Shown here: piece after piece, positions 1 through 9,491 of the stretch
Position numbering within the stretch: the first letter of the stretch is position 1
Layout of the letters: each line of letters opens with the position of its first letter
Origin: Pseudomonadota bacterium
Lineage (GTDB): Bacteria > Pseudomonadota > Gammaproteobacteria > UBA9214
Reading direction: 5' to 3'
Length of the DNA: 64,000 bases
Assembly: GCA_041395565.1 (NCBI GenBank)
Contig: JAWLAI010000007.1
Span: 270,967 to 334,966, forward strand
Translations under genes and position numbers: made by a program
The notes under the pieces: model-generated
Told to the model about the DNA's origin: nothing
The model's input: only the letters and a program-made list of their open reading frames with translations
Database searches by the model: none

Positions 1-104
1 TTTGCTAAACATTCTCTTTTGTCAGAAAGATTCGCACCGTGCTAACGTTATAGCATTGTTAATCCAAACTCCGGTATCCGCATTACCGGGACGGAGAGAA
101 TGCG

Positions 105-350
105 ATGGACGAAGCACACCGGACTCTGCCGGGAAAGACACTGATCAATCGAAAGACACTGCTGGCCATGATCCCGCTGTCGGAACGCGCCATTTTCAAC
201 ATGGAGAAGCGCGGAGATTTCCCACGCCGAATCGCACTCACGAGCCGAAACGTTGCGTGGGATCTGGCTGAAGTGGAGGAATGGATCGAATCGCGAAAGC
301 GATCCGGAGAACAGGCCGACCGCCCTGGCGTTACCGCCGTTGCCCGTTAG
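105..350 (+). CDS. alpA: AlpA-family phage/island transcriptional regulator (excisionase-like HTH)
   Basis: 81-aa ORF; region LINRKTLLAMIPLSERAIFNMEKRGDFPRRIALTSRNVAWDLAEVEEWI fits the Phage_AlpA HTH pattern; GGAGAGAA RBS about 6 nt before the ATG; the 3' end overlaps the integrase 3' end by 20 nt (convergent). Confidence 0.75.
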   Translation: MDEAHRTLPGKTLINRKTLLAMIPLSERAIFNMEKRGDFPRRIALTSRNVAWDLAEVEEWIESRKRSGEQADRPGVTAVAR

Positions 351-1530
351 TCCACTCGTCAATCATGTCTGCCCAGTCTTGCAACATCGCCGTACGCTGC
401 TCTCGGTACTCGGCCTTGTTATAGATGGCTCTCACCCCCTTCTGCTCATGAGCAAGACATTTCTCGATCCAGTCCGTGTTGTAGCCGGCCTCATGCAGTA
501 GCGTGCTGGCCGTACGGCGAAGATCATGCGGGCCGAATTTGGAGAGTGGTTCACCTTTCTTCTGGGCAGCCTGATACGTCAACGTCATGACTCGATTCAA
601 CGTTGCGGCGCTCATAGGCACGTCCGAATCGTATCGTGACGGAAGCACGAATTCAGATCCACCCGCAAAGGTCTTGAGCGCGATGAAAATATCGAGCGCC
701 TGACGAGACAGGTACACCAGATGCGGGTTCCTCCGTTTCATCCGTTCTTTCGGGATAGTCCAAAGTGCCTCGCTGAAATTAACCTCGGACCATGTTGCAT
801 TGGACAGCTCCGATTTTCGAACCATCGTTAGCAATAACAGCTTTATCGCCGCTCGGTATTGGGGCGATGTCCCCACCCGATCCATGTACCGGTACATCAA
901 GCCAATCTCGGCCGGTGTTAACGCGCGATCGCGCGGCTCGAATCGGGCGATGCTTGTCGGGCGCACCATCTCGGCAGGGTTCTCCACCTTCTGCCCGCGT
1001 TCGATTGCCCAACGATAGACCTGCAACACCACTTCGCGAGCATGCACCGCCGTTGCTGGCGCGCCTCTTTCGACGATGGCATCGGTCAATGCACGCAGAT
1101 CTTCATGCGTGATTTCGGCGAGCTTCTGACTACCAAATTGCTTTTTCAATTCTCGTGTATAAACCGACTTGCGCATGTCGCGCGTCGAGTCAGCCATCTG
1201 ATAGCCACGCAGCCACTTTTCAGCCCATGCACCGAACGTCTCGGCATCTTTCACGCGCGCCTTGTCACGCGCCTTTTCCCTGGCAGGTGATTTCCCGGCT
1301 GCCACCATCTTCTTCGCTTCGTTCAATCGTTCCCGCGCTTCCGAAAGCGTGATGCCACCCGTTCCATACCGGCCTATCGTCAGCGTCTCCTGACGCCCGT
1401 TGACCGAGTAGTTATATCTGAAGGAGATGGCTCCTGCCGGCGTCACCGCTGCATAGAGCCCATCGCGGTCGTTCACCTTGTAGAGCTTGTCTCCAGGCTT
1501 CAAGTTACGCAGCTTGGTATCCGTCAGCAT
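331..1530 (-). CDS. int: tyrosine site-specific integrase, P4/CP4-57-like
   Basis: 399-aa ORF with an N-terminal arm-binding-like region (LYAAVTPAGAISFRYNY) and a C-terminal catalytic region (HDLRRTASTLL...LAHE..YN); ATG confirmed at 1530. Confidence 0.9.
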   Translation of the reverse strand: MLTDTKLRNLKPGDKLYKVNDRDGLYAAVTPAGAISFRYNYSVNGRQETLTIGRYGTGGITLSEARERLNEAKKMVAAGKSPAREKARDKARVKDAETFGAWAEKWLRGYQMADSTRDMRKSVYTRELKKQFGSQKLAEITHEDLRALTDAIVERGAPATAVHAREVVLQVYRWAIERGQKVENPAEMVRPTSIARFEPRDRALTPAEIGLMYRYMDRVGTSPQYRAAIKLLLLTMVRKSELSNATWSEVNFSEALWTIPKERMKRRNPHLVYLSRQALDIFIALKTFAGGSEFVLPSRYDSDVPMSAATLNRVMTLTYQAAQKKGEPLSKFGPHDLRRTASTLLHEAGYNTDWIEKCLAHEQKGVRAIYNKAEYREQRTAMLQDWADMIDEWTNGQRR

Positions 1531-1545
1531 GACAATGTCCTCCCT

Positions 1546-1708
1546 TGGGTATAAATACCATGATTCGGTACAGCGTGTTTTTCGATTAAAAACACTTTAA
1601 TATCAATATGATGTAAATTTTCGATACCATGAACTTCCAGAAAAACATGGTATGGTATTTTGTCGCGATCATGGTATGAGATATGACGATACCATCAAAC
1701 ATACCATT
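1546..1708. promoter_or_regulatory. cluster of at least 6 ATACCAT/ATGGTAT heptamer repeats (candidate integrase arm-type binding sites / int promoter region), plus hairpin GTGTTTTT-cgatt-AAAAACAC at about 1566-1586
   Basis: Read directly from the sequence: ataccatg at about 1546, 1624, 1689, 1701; catggtat at about 1647, 1654, 1671; local AT content far above the window average. Confidence 0.4.
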
Positions 1709-1763
1709 AAAAAAGGCTGCTTGAGCGTGCTCGCCAGTGCCGGCAAGTGCCAGACACAAACAC

Positions 1764-1800
1764 AAAAAAGCCCGCTATTACGCGGGCTTAGGTGTGTTTT
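1764..1800 (-). terminator. rho-independent terminator of guaA (GCCCGC-tattac-GCGGGC followed by a T-run on the minus strand)
   Basis: Perfect 6-bp GC stem with a 6-nt loop; on the minus strand it is followed by TTTTTTGTGTTTG, 35-70 nt downstream of the guaA stop. Confidence 0.65.
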
Positions 1801-1836
1801 GATGCCTTCAGGTGCCAGTGGGTGCTGGACGCCGGA

Positions 1837-3417
1837 TCATTCCCACTCGATGGTCGCAGGCGGCTTGCCGGAGATATCGTAGGCGACGCGCGAGATATGC
1901 GGCACCTCGTTGATGATGCGGCGCGAGACGGTATCGAGAAACTCGTATGGCAGGTGCGCCCAGCGCGCGGTCATGAAGTCGATGGTCTCCACGGCGCGCA
2001 ACGCCACCACCCAGGAGTAGCGCCGCCCGTCGCCGGTCACGCCGACCGAGCGCACCGGCAAGAACACCGTGAAGGCCTGACTGACCGCGTCATAGAGCTG
2101 GTGCCGGCGCAGTTCCTCGATGAAGATGTGATCGGCCAGGCGCAGGCAGTCGGCGTATTCCTTCTTCACCTCGCCCAGGATGCGCACGCCCAGCCCCGGC
2201 CCCGGGAACGGATGGCGGTAGACCATGTCGTAGGGCAGGCCGAGCTCGATACCGAGCTTGCGCACCTCGTCCTTGAACAGCTCGCGCAGCGGCTCGAGCA
2301 GTTTCAGTTTCATGTCCTCCGGCAGACCGCCGACGTTGTGGTGCGACTTGATCAGGTGCGCCTTGCCGGTCTTGGCGCCGGCGGATTCGATCACGTCGGG
2401 ATAGATCGTGCCCTGCGCCAGCCACTGGGTGTCGGCACTGAGCCGCGCGGCCTCCTCCTCGAAGACCTCGATGAACAGGTTGCCGATGATCTTGCGCTTG
2501 CGCTCCGGATCGCTCACGCCGTCGAGCGCGGCGAGAAAACGCGCCTCGGCGTCGACGCGGATCACGCGCACGCCCATGTGTTCGGCGAAGGTCGCCATCA
2601 CCTGGTCACCCTCGCGGTAGCGCAGCAGGCCATTGTCGACGAACACGCACACCAGCTGGTCGCCGATCGCCTTGTGCAGCAGCGCCGCAACCACCGAGGA
2701 ATCCACGCCGCCCGACAGGCCCAGCAGCACCCGCTCGCCGCCGACCCGCGCACGGATGTCGCGGATGCTGCTCTCGACGATGTGGTCCGGGGTCCACAGG
2801 GCGTCGCAGGCGCAGATATCGATGACGAAGCGCTGCAGGATGCGCCCGCCCTGGCGGGTGTGGGTCACCTCGGGATGGAACTGGATGCCATAGTAGCCGC
2901 GCTCGTCGTCGGCCATGCCGGCGATCGGCGCGCTGTCGGTCTCGGCGATCACCCGGAACCCGTCCGGCAGCGCGATCACGCGGTCACCGTGACTCATCCA
3001 CACGTCGAGCAGACCGTAGCCGGCCTCCGACATGTGATCCTCGATGTCGGTCAGCAGGCGCGAGTGACCGCGTGCGCGCACCTGGGCATAGCCGTACTCG
3101 TGGTGGTCGGCATTTTCCACGCGTCCGCCGAGTTGCGCCGCCATGGTCTGCATGCCGTAACAGATACCGAGCACCGGCAGGCCGGACTCGAACACCACGG
3201 CCGGCGCACGCGGCGAGGTCGCTGCCGTGACCGTCTCGGGTCCGCCGGAAAGAATGATGCCGCGCGCCCCGAATTCAGCGATCTGCCCGACCTCGGCATC
3301 CCAGGGGAAGATCTCGCAGTACACCCCCAGCTCGCGCACGCGGCGCGCGATCAGCTGGGTGTACTGGGAACCGAAATCCAGGATCAGGATGCGATGGGCA
3401 TGGATGTTATCGGTCAT
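1837..3417 (-). CDS. guaA: GMP synthase (glutamine-hydrolysing)
   Basis: 526 aa; N-terminal GATase ([27 protein letters not shown]), ATP-PPase SGGVDSSV motif, C-terminal ...PATIEWE. Confidence 0.95.
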   Translation of the reverse strand: MTDNIHAHRILILDFGSQYTQLIARRVRELGVYCEIFPWDAEVGQIAEFGARGIILSGGPETVTAATSPRAPAVVFESGLPVLGICYGMQTMAAQLGGRVENADHHEYGYAQVRARGHSRLLTDIEDHMSEAGYGLLDVWMSHGDRVIALPDGFRVIAETDSAPIAGMADDERGYYGIQFHPEVTHTRQGGRILQRFVIDICACDALWTPDHIVESSIRDIRARVGGERVLLGLSGGVDSSVVAALLHKAIGDQLVCVFVDNGLLRYREGDQVMATFAEHMGVRVIRVDAEARFLAALDGVSDPERKRKIIGNLFIEVFEEEAARLSADTQWLAQGTIYPDVIESAGAKTGKAHLIKSHHNVGGLPEDMKLKLLEPLRELFKDEVRKLGIELGLPYDMVYRHPFPGPGLGVRILGEVKKEYADCLRLADHIFIEELRRHQLYDAVSQAFTVFLPVRSVGVTGDGRRYSWVVALRAVETIDFMTARWAHLPYEFLDTVSRRIINEVPHISRVAYDISGKPPATIEWE

Positions 3418-3536
3418 CAGGCAATTCCGGTAGCGAGGGTGTCAGCACCTGCTTCCACCTGCGAAGCGCGCGCCGTGGAAAACAAACGGGAAATGGGTAC
3501 GACCTGAATGGTACTTCCACAGGCCGATGATCCTGT

Positions 3537-3622
3537 CATTCCGGACGCAGCGCAGTGTAGATCCGGAATCCAGTTCGACCGGTTCCCGCACATTCTGGAT
3601 TCCCGCCTGCGCGGGAATGACG
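3537..3622. repeat. REP/BIME-like paired hairpin repeats (ATTCCGGA..TCCGGAAT and ATTCCCGC-CTGC-GCGGGAAT-GACG) in the guaA-guaB spacer
   Basis: Same hairpin family as at 19272-19343; the ORF-track peptides containing IPACAGMT (3527..3718, 19140..19454) are translations of this repeat. Confidence 0.5.
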
Positions 3623-3680
3623 GCACACAAAGCAAATAATTCTTACGCAAGCGCCATCCGGCAATGTACCTGTTGGGACA

Positions 3681-5141
3681 TCAGGTATCGAGCCGGTAGT
3701 TGGGCGCTTCCTTGGTGATGGTCACGTCGTGGACGTGGCTCTCGCGCATGCCGGCATTGGTCACGCGGATGAATTCCGGCCGTGTGCGCATTTCATCGAT
3801 ACTGGCGCATCCCGTGTAGCCCATGCTGGAACGCAGGCCGCCCATGAGCTGGTTCAGGATGCCGATCATCGAGCCCTTGTACGGGACGCGGCCCTCGATA
3901 CCCTCGGGCACCAGCTTGTCCGGTTCGCCGCCCTCCTGGAAATAGCGGTCGCTGGAACCTTCCTTCATGGCGCCCAGTGAACCCATGCCGCGATAGGCCT
4001 TGTAGGAGCGGCCCTGGTAGAGCTCGACCTCGCCCGGCGCCTCCTCGGTACCGGCCAGCATGCTGCCGATCATCACCGACCACGCGCCGGCAGCCAGTGC
4101 CTTGGCGATATCGCCGGAATAGCGGATGCCGCCGTCCGCGATCAGCGGAATGCCGTCCCGGCGCAGTTCCTCGGCGACGTTGGCGACCGCGGATATCTGC
4201 GGCACGCCGATGCCGGAAACGATACGAGTGGTACAGATCGAGCCGGGACCGATGCCGACCTTGACCGCGTCCGCGCCCGCCTCGACCAGCGCGCGCGCCG
4301 CCGCCGCGGTGGCGATGTTGCCGCCGATCACCTGCAGGTCGGGATAGTGCTGCTTCACCCAGCGCACGCGGTTGAGCACGCCCTGGGAATGGCCGTGCGC
4401 GGTATCGACCACCACCACGTCGACCTCGGCCGCCGCCAGCGCCTCGATACGGGCCTCGCTGTCGCCGCCGGTGCCGACCGCCGCGCCGACCCGCAGGCGG
4501 CCATACTCGTCCTTGCAGGCGCTGGGGAAGTCCGTGGATTTCTGTATGTCCTTGACCGTGATCATGCCGCGCAGCTTGAAATCGTCGTTGATGACCAGCA
4601 CGCGCTCGATGCGGTGCTTGTGCAGCAGCGCGATCACCTCATCCTTGGAGGCACCCTCGTGCACGGTCACCAACCGGTCCTTCGGCGTCATCACGCTGGA
4701 GACCGGATTGTCGAGGTTGGTCTCGAAGCGGCGGTCACGGCTGGTGACGATGCCGACCAAGTCGTCGCCGTCGACCACCGGCACGCCGGAGATGTTGTTG
4801 GCGCGGGTCAGCGCGATCACGTCGCGGATGCTGGTACTCGGCGCGACCGTGATCGGGTCCTTGATGACCCCGCTCTCGAACTTCTTGACCCTGCGCACCT
4901 CAGCCGCCTGACCTTCGATGGGCAGGTTCTTGTGGATGATGCCGATGCCGCCTTCCTGCGCGAGGGTGATGGCGAGGCGCGACTCGGTGACGGTATCCAT
5001 GGCCGCCGAGAGCAGCGGGATCTGCAGGCGGATATCGCGGGTCAGCTGGCTGTGCAGACTGACGTCGCGCGGCAGTACGTTCGAATGTGCGGGCAGCAGC
5101 AGGACGTCATCGAAGGTAAGGGCTTCCTGCACAATGCGCAT
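3681..5141 (-). CDS. guaB: IMP dehydrogenase
   Basis: 486 aa; [24 protein letters not shown]..., CBS pair, catalytic [11 protein letters not shown]. Confidence 0.95.
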   Translation of the reverse strand: MRIVQEALTFDDVLLLPAHSNVLPRDVSLHSQLTRDIRLQIPLLSAAMDTVTESRLAITLAQEGGIGIIHKNLPIEGQAAEVRRVKKFESGVIKDPITVAPSTSIRDVIALTRANNISGVPVVDGDDLVGIVTSRDRRFETNLDNPVSSVMTPKDRLVTVHEGASKDEVIALLHKHRIERVLVINDDFKLRGMITVKDIQKSTDFPSACKDEYGRLRVGAAVGTGGDSEARIEALAAAEVDVVVVDTAHGHSQGVLNRVRWVKQHYPDLQVIGGNIATAAAARALVEAGADAVKVGIGPGSICTTRIVSGIGVPQISAVANVAEELRRDGIPLIADGGIRYSGDIAKALAAGAWSVMIGSMLAGTEEAPGEVELYQGRSYKAYRGMGSLGAMKEGSSDRYFQEGGEPDKLVPEGIEGRVPYKGSMIGILNQLMGGLRSSMGYTGCASIDEMRTRPEFIRVTNAGMRESHVHDVTITKEAPNYRLDT

Positions 5142-5260
5142 GGGTATTCGGTTCCCGCCGGTGACTGGTGGCCGCCCATTATAGGGACTGGAACGACGCC
5201 GGTAAACCGCGCCCCGACGGGATCCGCAGACAGCCCCGGATTCGGGTATGCTCTGCGATC

Positions 5261-6634
5261 ATGCCCGCGCTGACGACTCCGACGGACTCTCCGCCCCCGG
5301 CACGCGACGTGTTCACCGTCGCGCGCCTGAACCTGGCGGCACGCACCCTGCTGGAACAGGGTTTCCCGCGCATCTGGATCGAGGGCGAGCTGTCCAACGT
5401 CTCCCGACCCGCCTCGGGGCACCTGTATTTCACCCTCAAGGACAGCCAGGCCCAAGTGCGCGGCGCCATGTTCCGCAACCGCAACCAGCTGCTGCGCTTC
5501 CGCCCGGAGGAAGGCATGCAGGTACTGGTACGGGCGAAGGTCAGCCTGTATGAACCCCGCGGCGACTACCAGCTGATCGCCGAGACGATGGAAGCGGCCG
5601 GCGACGGCGCGCTGCGGGCCGCCTTCGACGCGCTCAAGCACCGGCTCGAGCGCGAGGGCCTGTTCGACGCCGCACACAAGCAGCCGCTGCCGGCGCTGCC
5701 CGCCCGCATCGGCGTGATCACCTCGCCCACCGGCGCGGCATTGCGCGACGTGCTGAGCGTGCTGCGCCGGCGCTTTCCGGCCATTCCGGTCCTGGTGTAC
5801 CCGGTTCCCGTCCAGGGCCGCGAGGCCGGGCGCGAGATCGCCGCCATGCTGGCCAGCGCAGACCGCCGCAACGACTGTGACGTCCTCATACTGACCCGTG
5901 GCGGCGGCTCGCTCGAGGACCTGTGGGCCTTCAACGAGGAGGTCGTCGCCCGCGCCATCCATGCCTGTCACATCCCGGTCATCAGCGCCGTGGGACACGA
6001 AATCGACTTCACCATCGCCGACTTCGCGGCCGACCGACGCGCCCCGACGCCCTCGGCGGCGGCCGAACTGGTCAGTCCCGACCAGGCGGAGTGGCTGGCA
6101 CGGGCGGACGCCCTGCAGGCCCGCGCGGTCAGGCGCATGCAGGGCCAGCTCGAAGCCCGCCGCCGCCAGCTCGGCTGGCTCGAACAGCGCCTGGCCCTGC
6201 GCCATCCAGGCCAGATACTGCGCCGCCATGCCCAGCGCCTGGACGAGCTGGAGAGCCGCTCCCGCCTCACTATCCGCTCTTATTTCAGCAGATTGGATTC
6301 TTATGTTCATAAGTTGCATGCAGTTCTGCAACAACAGACCCCGCGCCACCGCATCCACCGCACCGAAGCGCTGCGCCAGGCCCTGGCCGCCCGTCTGCAG
6401 GTCGCCATCGACGCCGTGCTCGCGCACCGGCAGCGCCGCCTGGCACTGGCCTGCAAGGCACTCGACACCGTCAGCCCGCTGGCCACGCTGGAGCGCGGCT
6501 ATGCCATCGTCCGCCGCGCCGGCGCACGAGAGATCCTGCGCCGGGCCGCTGCTGTCCGGCCGGGCGAGCGGGTGACCGCGCGCCTCGCGCACGGCAGCCT
6601 GCAATGCACGGTCGACGCCGTCGAACCGGACTAG
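5261..6634 (+). CDS. xseA: exodeoxyribonuclease VII large subunit
   Basis: OB-fold N-terminus (FTVARLNLAARTLLEQGFPRIWIEGELSNV..GHLYFTLKD) and a long coiled-coil C-terminus; divergent from guaB as in E. coli; ATG at 5261 chosen (the ORF-track start at 5168 is an upstream extension). Confidence 0.9.
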   Translation: MPALTTPTDSPPPARDVFTVARLNLAARTLLEQGFPRIWIEGELSNVSRPASGHLYFTLKDSQAQVRGAMFRNRNQLLRFRPEEGMQVLVRAKVSLYEPRGDYQLIAETMEAAGDGALRAAFDALKHRLEREGLFDAAHKQPLPALPARIGVITSPTGAALRDVLSVLRRRFPAIPVLVYPVPVQGREAGREIAAMLASADRRNDCDVLILTRGGGSLEDLWAFNEEVVARAIHACHIPVISAVGHEIDFTIADFAADRRAPTPSAAAELVSPDQAEWLARADALQARAVRRMQGQLEARRRQLGWLEQRLALRHPGQILRRHAQRLDELESRSRLTIRSYFSRLDSYVHKLHAVLQQQTPRHRIHRTEALRQALAARLQVAIDAVLAHRQRRLALACKALDTVSPLATLERGYAIVRRAGAREILRRAAAVRPGERVTARLAHGSLQCTVDAVEPD

Positions 6635-6705
6635 CGCCGTCTTGGCGCGGCGGGAACCGCGCGTTAGAGTCAATCGCAGCACCGTCACGGGAGGAACCGA
6701 CCCAC

Positions 6706-7560
6706 ATGCCCAGCCGCCGCCTCGCAGCCCTGTTCGCCGCCCTCGCCTGCCACAGCCTGGCCCACGCCCTGCCGTCGGATACCACGCCCGTGCCCGGCGG
6801 CATCGCCGTCCTGCGCCTGCCCGCGGATGCGGATGCCGGCACGCTGCGCTACAACGGCCGCAAGGTGCTGGTGACCCGGCTCGAGGGCGCCGACCATGCC
6901 GTGATCGGGCTGGCGCTGGGAACCAAGCCCGGACGCTACCAGCTGCAGGGCAAGACCACGCAGGGCCAGGCATTCAAACTCGCCTTCGAGGTCGCGGCCA
7001 AGCAATACGAGGAACAGCGCATCACCATCAAGGACAAGCGCAAGGTGAACCCGGAACCACGCGACCTGGAACGCATCGGGCGCGAGAAGAAACAGATCGA
7101 TGCGGCGCTGGAGCACTGGTCCGACCGCGACGGGGTCGTGGTCGACTTCCACCCCCCGGTCGCGGGCCCGACCAGCAGCCCGTTCGGGCTGCGCCGCTAT
7201 TTCAACGACCAGCCACGCAGCCCGCACAGCGGCCTGGACATCGCCGCCGCCGAGGGCACGCCGATCCATGCCCCGGCCCCGGGCACCGTCATAGAGACCG
7301 GCGATTTCTTCTTCAACGGCAAGACGGTGCTGATCGACCACGGCCAGGGCCTGGTTACCATGTACTGCCACATGAGCAGCATCGACGTGACACCCGGCAC
7401 CACGCTCGCGACCGGCGCGGTCATCGGCAAGGTCGGGATGACCGGCCGCGTCACCGGTCCGCACCTGCACTGGGGCGTCAGCCTGAACGACGCGCGGATC
7501 GACCCGACGCTGTTCCTGGCGCCGGATTACACCGCGGATCCTGCGCCGGGCGGTGAATAA
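6706..7560 (+). CDS. M23-family (LytM-like) metallopeptidase, secreted
   Basis: Signal peptide MPSRRLAALFAALACHSLAHA; M23 motifs HSGLDIAA..GTPIHA, LIDHGQG..MYCHMS, GPHLHWGV; GGGAGGAA RBS before the ATG at 6706. Confidence 0.8.
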   Translation: MPSRRLAALFAALACHSLAHALPSDTTPVPGGIAVLRLPADADAGTLRYNGRKVLVTRLEGADHAVIGLALGTKPGRYQLQGKTTQGQAFKLAFEVAAKQYEEQRITIKDKRKVNPEPRDLERIGREKKQIDAALEHWSDRDGVVVDFHPPVAGPTSSPFGLRRYFNDQPRSPHSGLDIAAAEGTPIHAPAPGTVIETGDFFFNGKTVLIDHGQGLVTMYCHMSSIDVTPGTTLATGAVIGKVGMTGRVTGPHLHWGVSLNDARIDPTLFLAPDYTADPAPGGE

Positions 7561-7604
7561 GGCGGTCGCAGCGGTACGCCGGCAGCGCCGCATGCGGGCA
7601 CCGA

Positions 7605-7620
7605 CTTGACCGTGGTCAAG
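7605..7620. promoter_or_regulatory. perfect palindrome CTTGACC-g-TGGTCAAG upstream of the yceI-like gene (candidate operator)
   Basis: 7+1+7 palindrome read from the sequence, about 65 nt upstream of the yceI-like start. Confidence 0.25.
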
Positions 7621-7684
7621 TGCAACCAGCCGGCGCGGGCATAAGCTCTAGAAACATAATGCCTGTCCAGCACCGTCTCGCCGC

Positions 7685-8350
7685 ATGCAACTCACCCGCC
7701 TCATTCACCTGATCCTGACCGCGCTGCTGGCGCTGGCGGCCGGCAACGCCCGGGCTGCCGAACCCTGCACGCCCTTCGAAGGCGGGCGCGTGGACGCGAA
7801 ACTGCTCGCGGAGATGCGCGCGGCCGCGCACGAGGGACGGCTGTACCGGGTCGTGCCCGGACACTCGAAGGTGGGATTCTGCGTGCGCTACTTTCCGTTC
7901 CAGGAGTTCCGCGGCGAGTTCACCAACGTCGTCGGCGGACTGACGCTGCCGCCCGATACGGAGCGTCATGGCCAGGCCCTGCTGCTGATCCACACCACCG
8001 CCATGGAATCCAGCAATCCGGATCTCGATCCACTCGTCCAGGGCCACGAATTCATGGACGTCGAGCATTATCCCGAAATCCTGTACGTAGGCCGTGCCTT
8101 CCAGTGGTACAACCCGCTGCAGGCCTACATCTATGGCGACATCACCCTGCGCGGAATCACGCAACCCGTGGTGTTCAATATCGAGATCGACGCACCGGAG
8201 CGGGACGCGGAAGGCAATCCCGAAACCATCCATCTGCGCGGCACCAGCGAGGTCAACCGCACGCAATTCGACATGCGCACCCATCGCATCATGATCAGCG
8301 AGACCGTGCGACTGTGTCTGTCCGTGGAACTGGTACGCTGGGAGCCCTGA
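7685..8350 (+). CDS. YceI-like periplasmic polyisoprenoid-binding protein
   Basis: Signal peptide; YceI-family motifs (HSKVGFCVRYFPFQEFRGEF, GDITLRGITQPVVF, NRTQFDM). Confidence 0.8.
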   Translation: MQLTRLIHLILTALLALAAGNARAAEPCTPFEGGRVDAKLLAEMRAAAHEGRLYRVVPGHSKVGFCVRYFPFQEFRGEFTNVVGGLTLPPDTERHGQALLLIHTTAMESSNPDLDPLVQGHEFMDVEHYPEILYVGRAFQWYNPLQAYIYGDITLRGITQPVVFNIEIDAPERDAEGNPETIHLRGTSEVNRTQFDMRTHRIMISETVRLCLSVELVRWEP

Positions 8351-8375
8351 GCCGCGCCGCGGCCGGCACACCGGT

Positions 8376-9491
8376 TCAGCGCGCGATCCGGACCGGGACG
8401 CGGCGCCCGCCGAAGGCGCCCTGGTAATCGCCGAAACGGCCGGCCAGCGCGGTGTTGCAGTCGGGACAACGGCCATCCGCACTCACCCGGTATTCCAGGA
8501 TGTCGTACCAATCGCGCACGATCAGCGCCCGGTGACAGCCGGGGCAGTAGGTGGTGCCGCCATCGCGGTCGTGCACGTTGCCGGTGTAGACGTAATGGAG
8601 GCCCGCCTCCAGCGCGATCCGGCGGGCGCGGGCGAGCGTCTCCGGCGGCGTGGCCGGCACGTCGCGCATGCGGAAATCGGGATGGAAGGCGGTGAAATGC
8701 AGCGGCACCTCCGGCCCCAGTTCCGCCATGATCCAGCGGCTCATGCGCCGGATCTCGTCGTCGCCGTCGTTATGGCCCGGGATCAGCAGCGTGGTGATTT
8801 CCGTCCAGACCTGTGTCTCGTGGTGCAGGTAGACCAGGGTGTCGAGCACCGGCTGCAGGTGGGCCCCGGTCAGCCGGTAGTAGAAGTCGTCGGTGAAGGC
8901 CTTGAGGTCCACGTTGGCCGCATCCATGACGGCGAAGAATTCGCGGCGCGGCTCGGGATGGATGTAGCCCGCCGTCACCGCGACGGTCTGGAGCCCCAGC
9001 GCATGGCAGGCCCTGGCCGTGTCGATGGCGTATTCGGCGAATATCACCGGGTCGTTGTAGGTGAATGCCACGCTCCTGCTGCCCGATTGCTGCGCCGCCT
9101 GCGCAATCGCCTCCGGGCTGGCCTGGTCCATGAGCCGGTCCATGTCCCGCGACTTGCTGATATCCCAGTTCTGGCAGAACTTGCAGGCCAGGTTGCAGCC
9201 GGCGGTGCCGAACGACAGCACTGCGGAGCCCGGGTAGAAATGGTTGAGCGGCTTCTTCTCGATCGGGTCGACGCAGAATCCGGACGAGCGGCCGTAGGTC
9301 GTGAGCACCATGCGCTCGCCCTCGCGCATGCGCACGAAGCAGGCGCCGCGCTGGCCCGCATGCAGCCTGCAGTCGCGCGGACACAGGTCGCACTGGATGC
9401 GACCGTCCGGCAGCGCGTGCCACCAGCGTGCCGGGTACAGCGCGGTTGCAGCGCTCGCCTTCATGCCGCCCCGCGCTCGGGTTCGCGCCAC
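8376..9491 (-). CDS. AmmeMemoRadiSam system radical SAM enzyme (amrS-type; pyruvate-formate-lyase-activase-like)
   Basis: 371 aa; CxxxCxxC cluster motif GCNLACKFCQNWDIS, a C-terminal extra Cys pair (CPGC, CPDC); third gene of the memo-ammecr1-rSAM operon. Confidence 0.85.
   Translation of the reverse strand: MARTRARGGMKASAATALYPARWWHALPDGRIQCDLCPRDCRLHAGQRGACFVRMREGERMVLTTYGRSSGFCVDPIEKKPLNHFYPGSAVLSFGTAGCNLACKFCQNWDISKSRDMDRLMDQASPEAIAQAAQQSGSRSVAFTYNDPVIFAEYAIDTARACHALGLQTVAVTAGYIHPEPRREFFAVMDAANVDLKAFTDDFYYRLTGAHLQPVLDTLVYLHHETQVWTEITTLLIPGHNDGDDEIRRMSRWIMAELGPEVPLHFTAFHPDFRMRDVPATPPETLARARRIALEAGLHYVYTGNVHDRDGGTTYCPGCHRALIVRDWYDILEYRVSADGRCPDCNTALAGRFGDYQGAFGGRRVPVRIAR

Larger units (their letters stand above)
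1..1836. mobile_element. right-hand boundary of an integrated genetic element (island/prophage remnant) inserted at the 3' end of guaA; the body of the element would lie left of the window
   Basis: alpA + int pair; AT-rich 300-bp spacer with repeated ATACCAT/ATGGTAT motifs between the int 5' end and the guaA stop; the guaA 3' end is a known island integration hotspot in other bacteria. Confidence 0.5.

Noticed and set aside
1792-3507. 571-aa plus-strand ORF antisense to guaA. Similar long antisense ORFs are 5042..6973 (antisense to xseA), 37719..39536 (ptsI), 39436..41106 (mgtE), 50853..52238 (yhdP) and 54093..56342 (rng).
   Set aside because: These are typical high-GC artefacts: low-complexity Arg/Ala/Gly/Pro-rich translations, each overlapping a strongly supported gene on the other strand.
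3527-3718. Small ORFs whose products contain IPACAGMT (also 19140..19454)
   Set aside because: They are translations of the REP-like hairpin repeat (…ATTCCSGCCTGCGCSGGAATGAC…), not genes.
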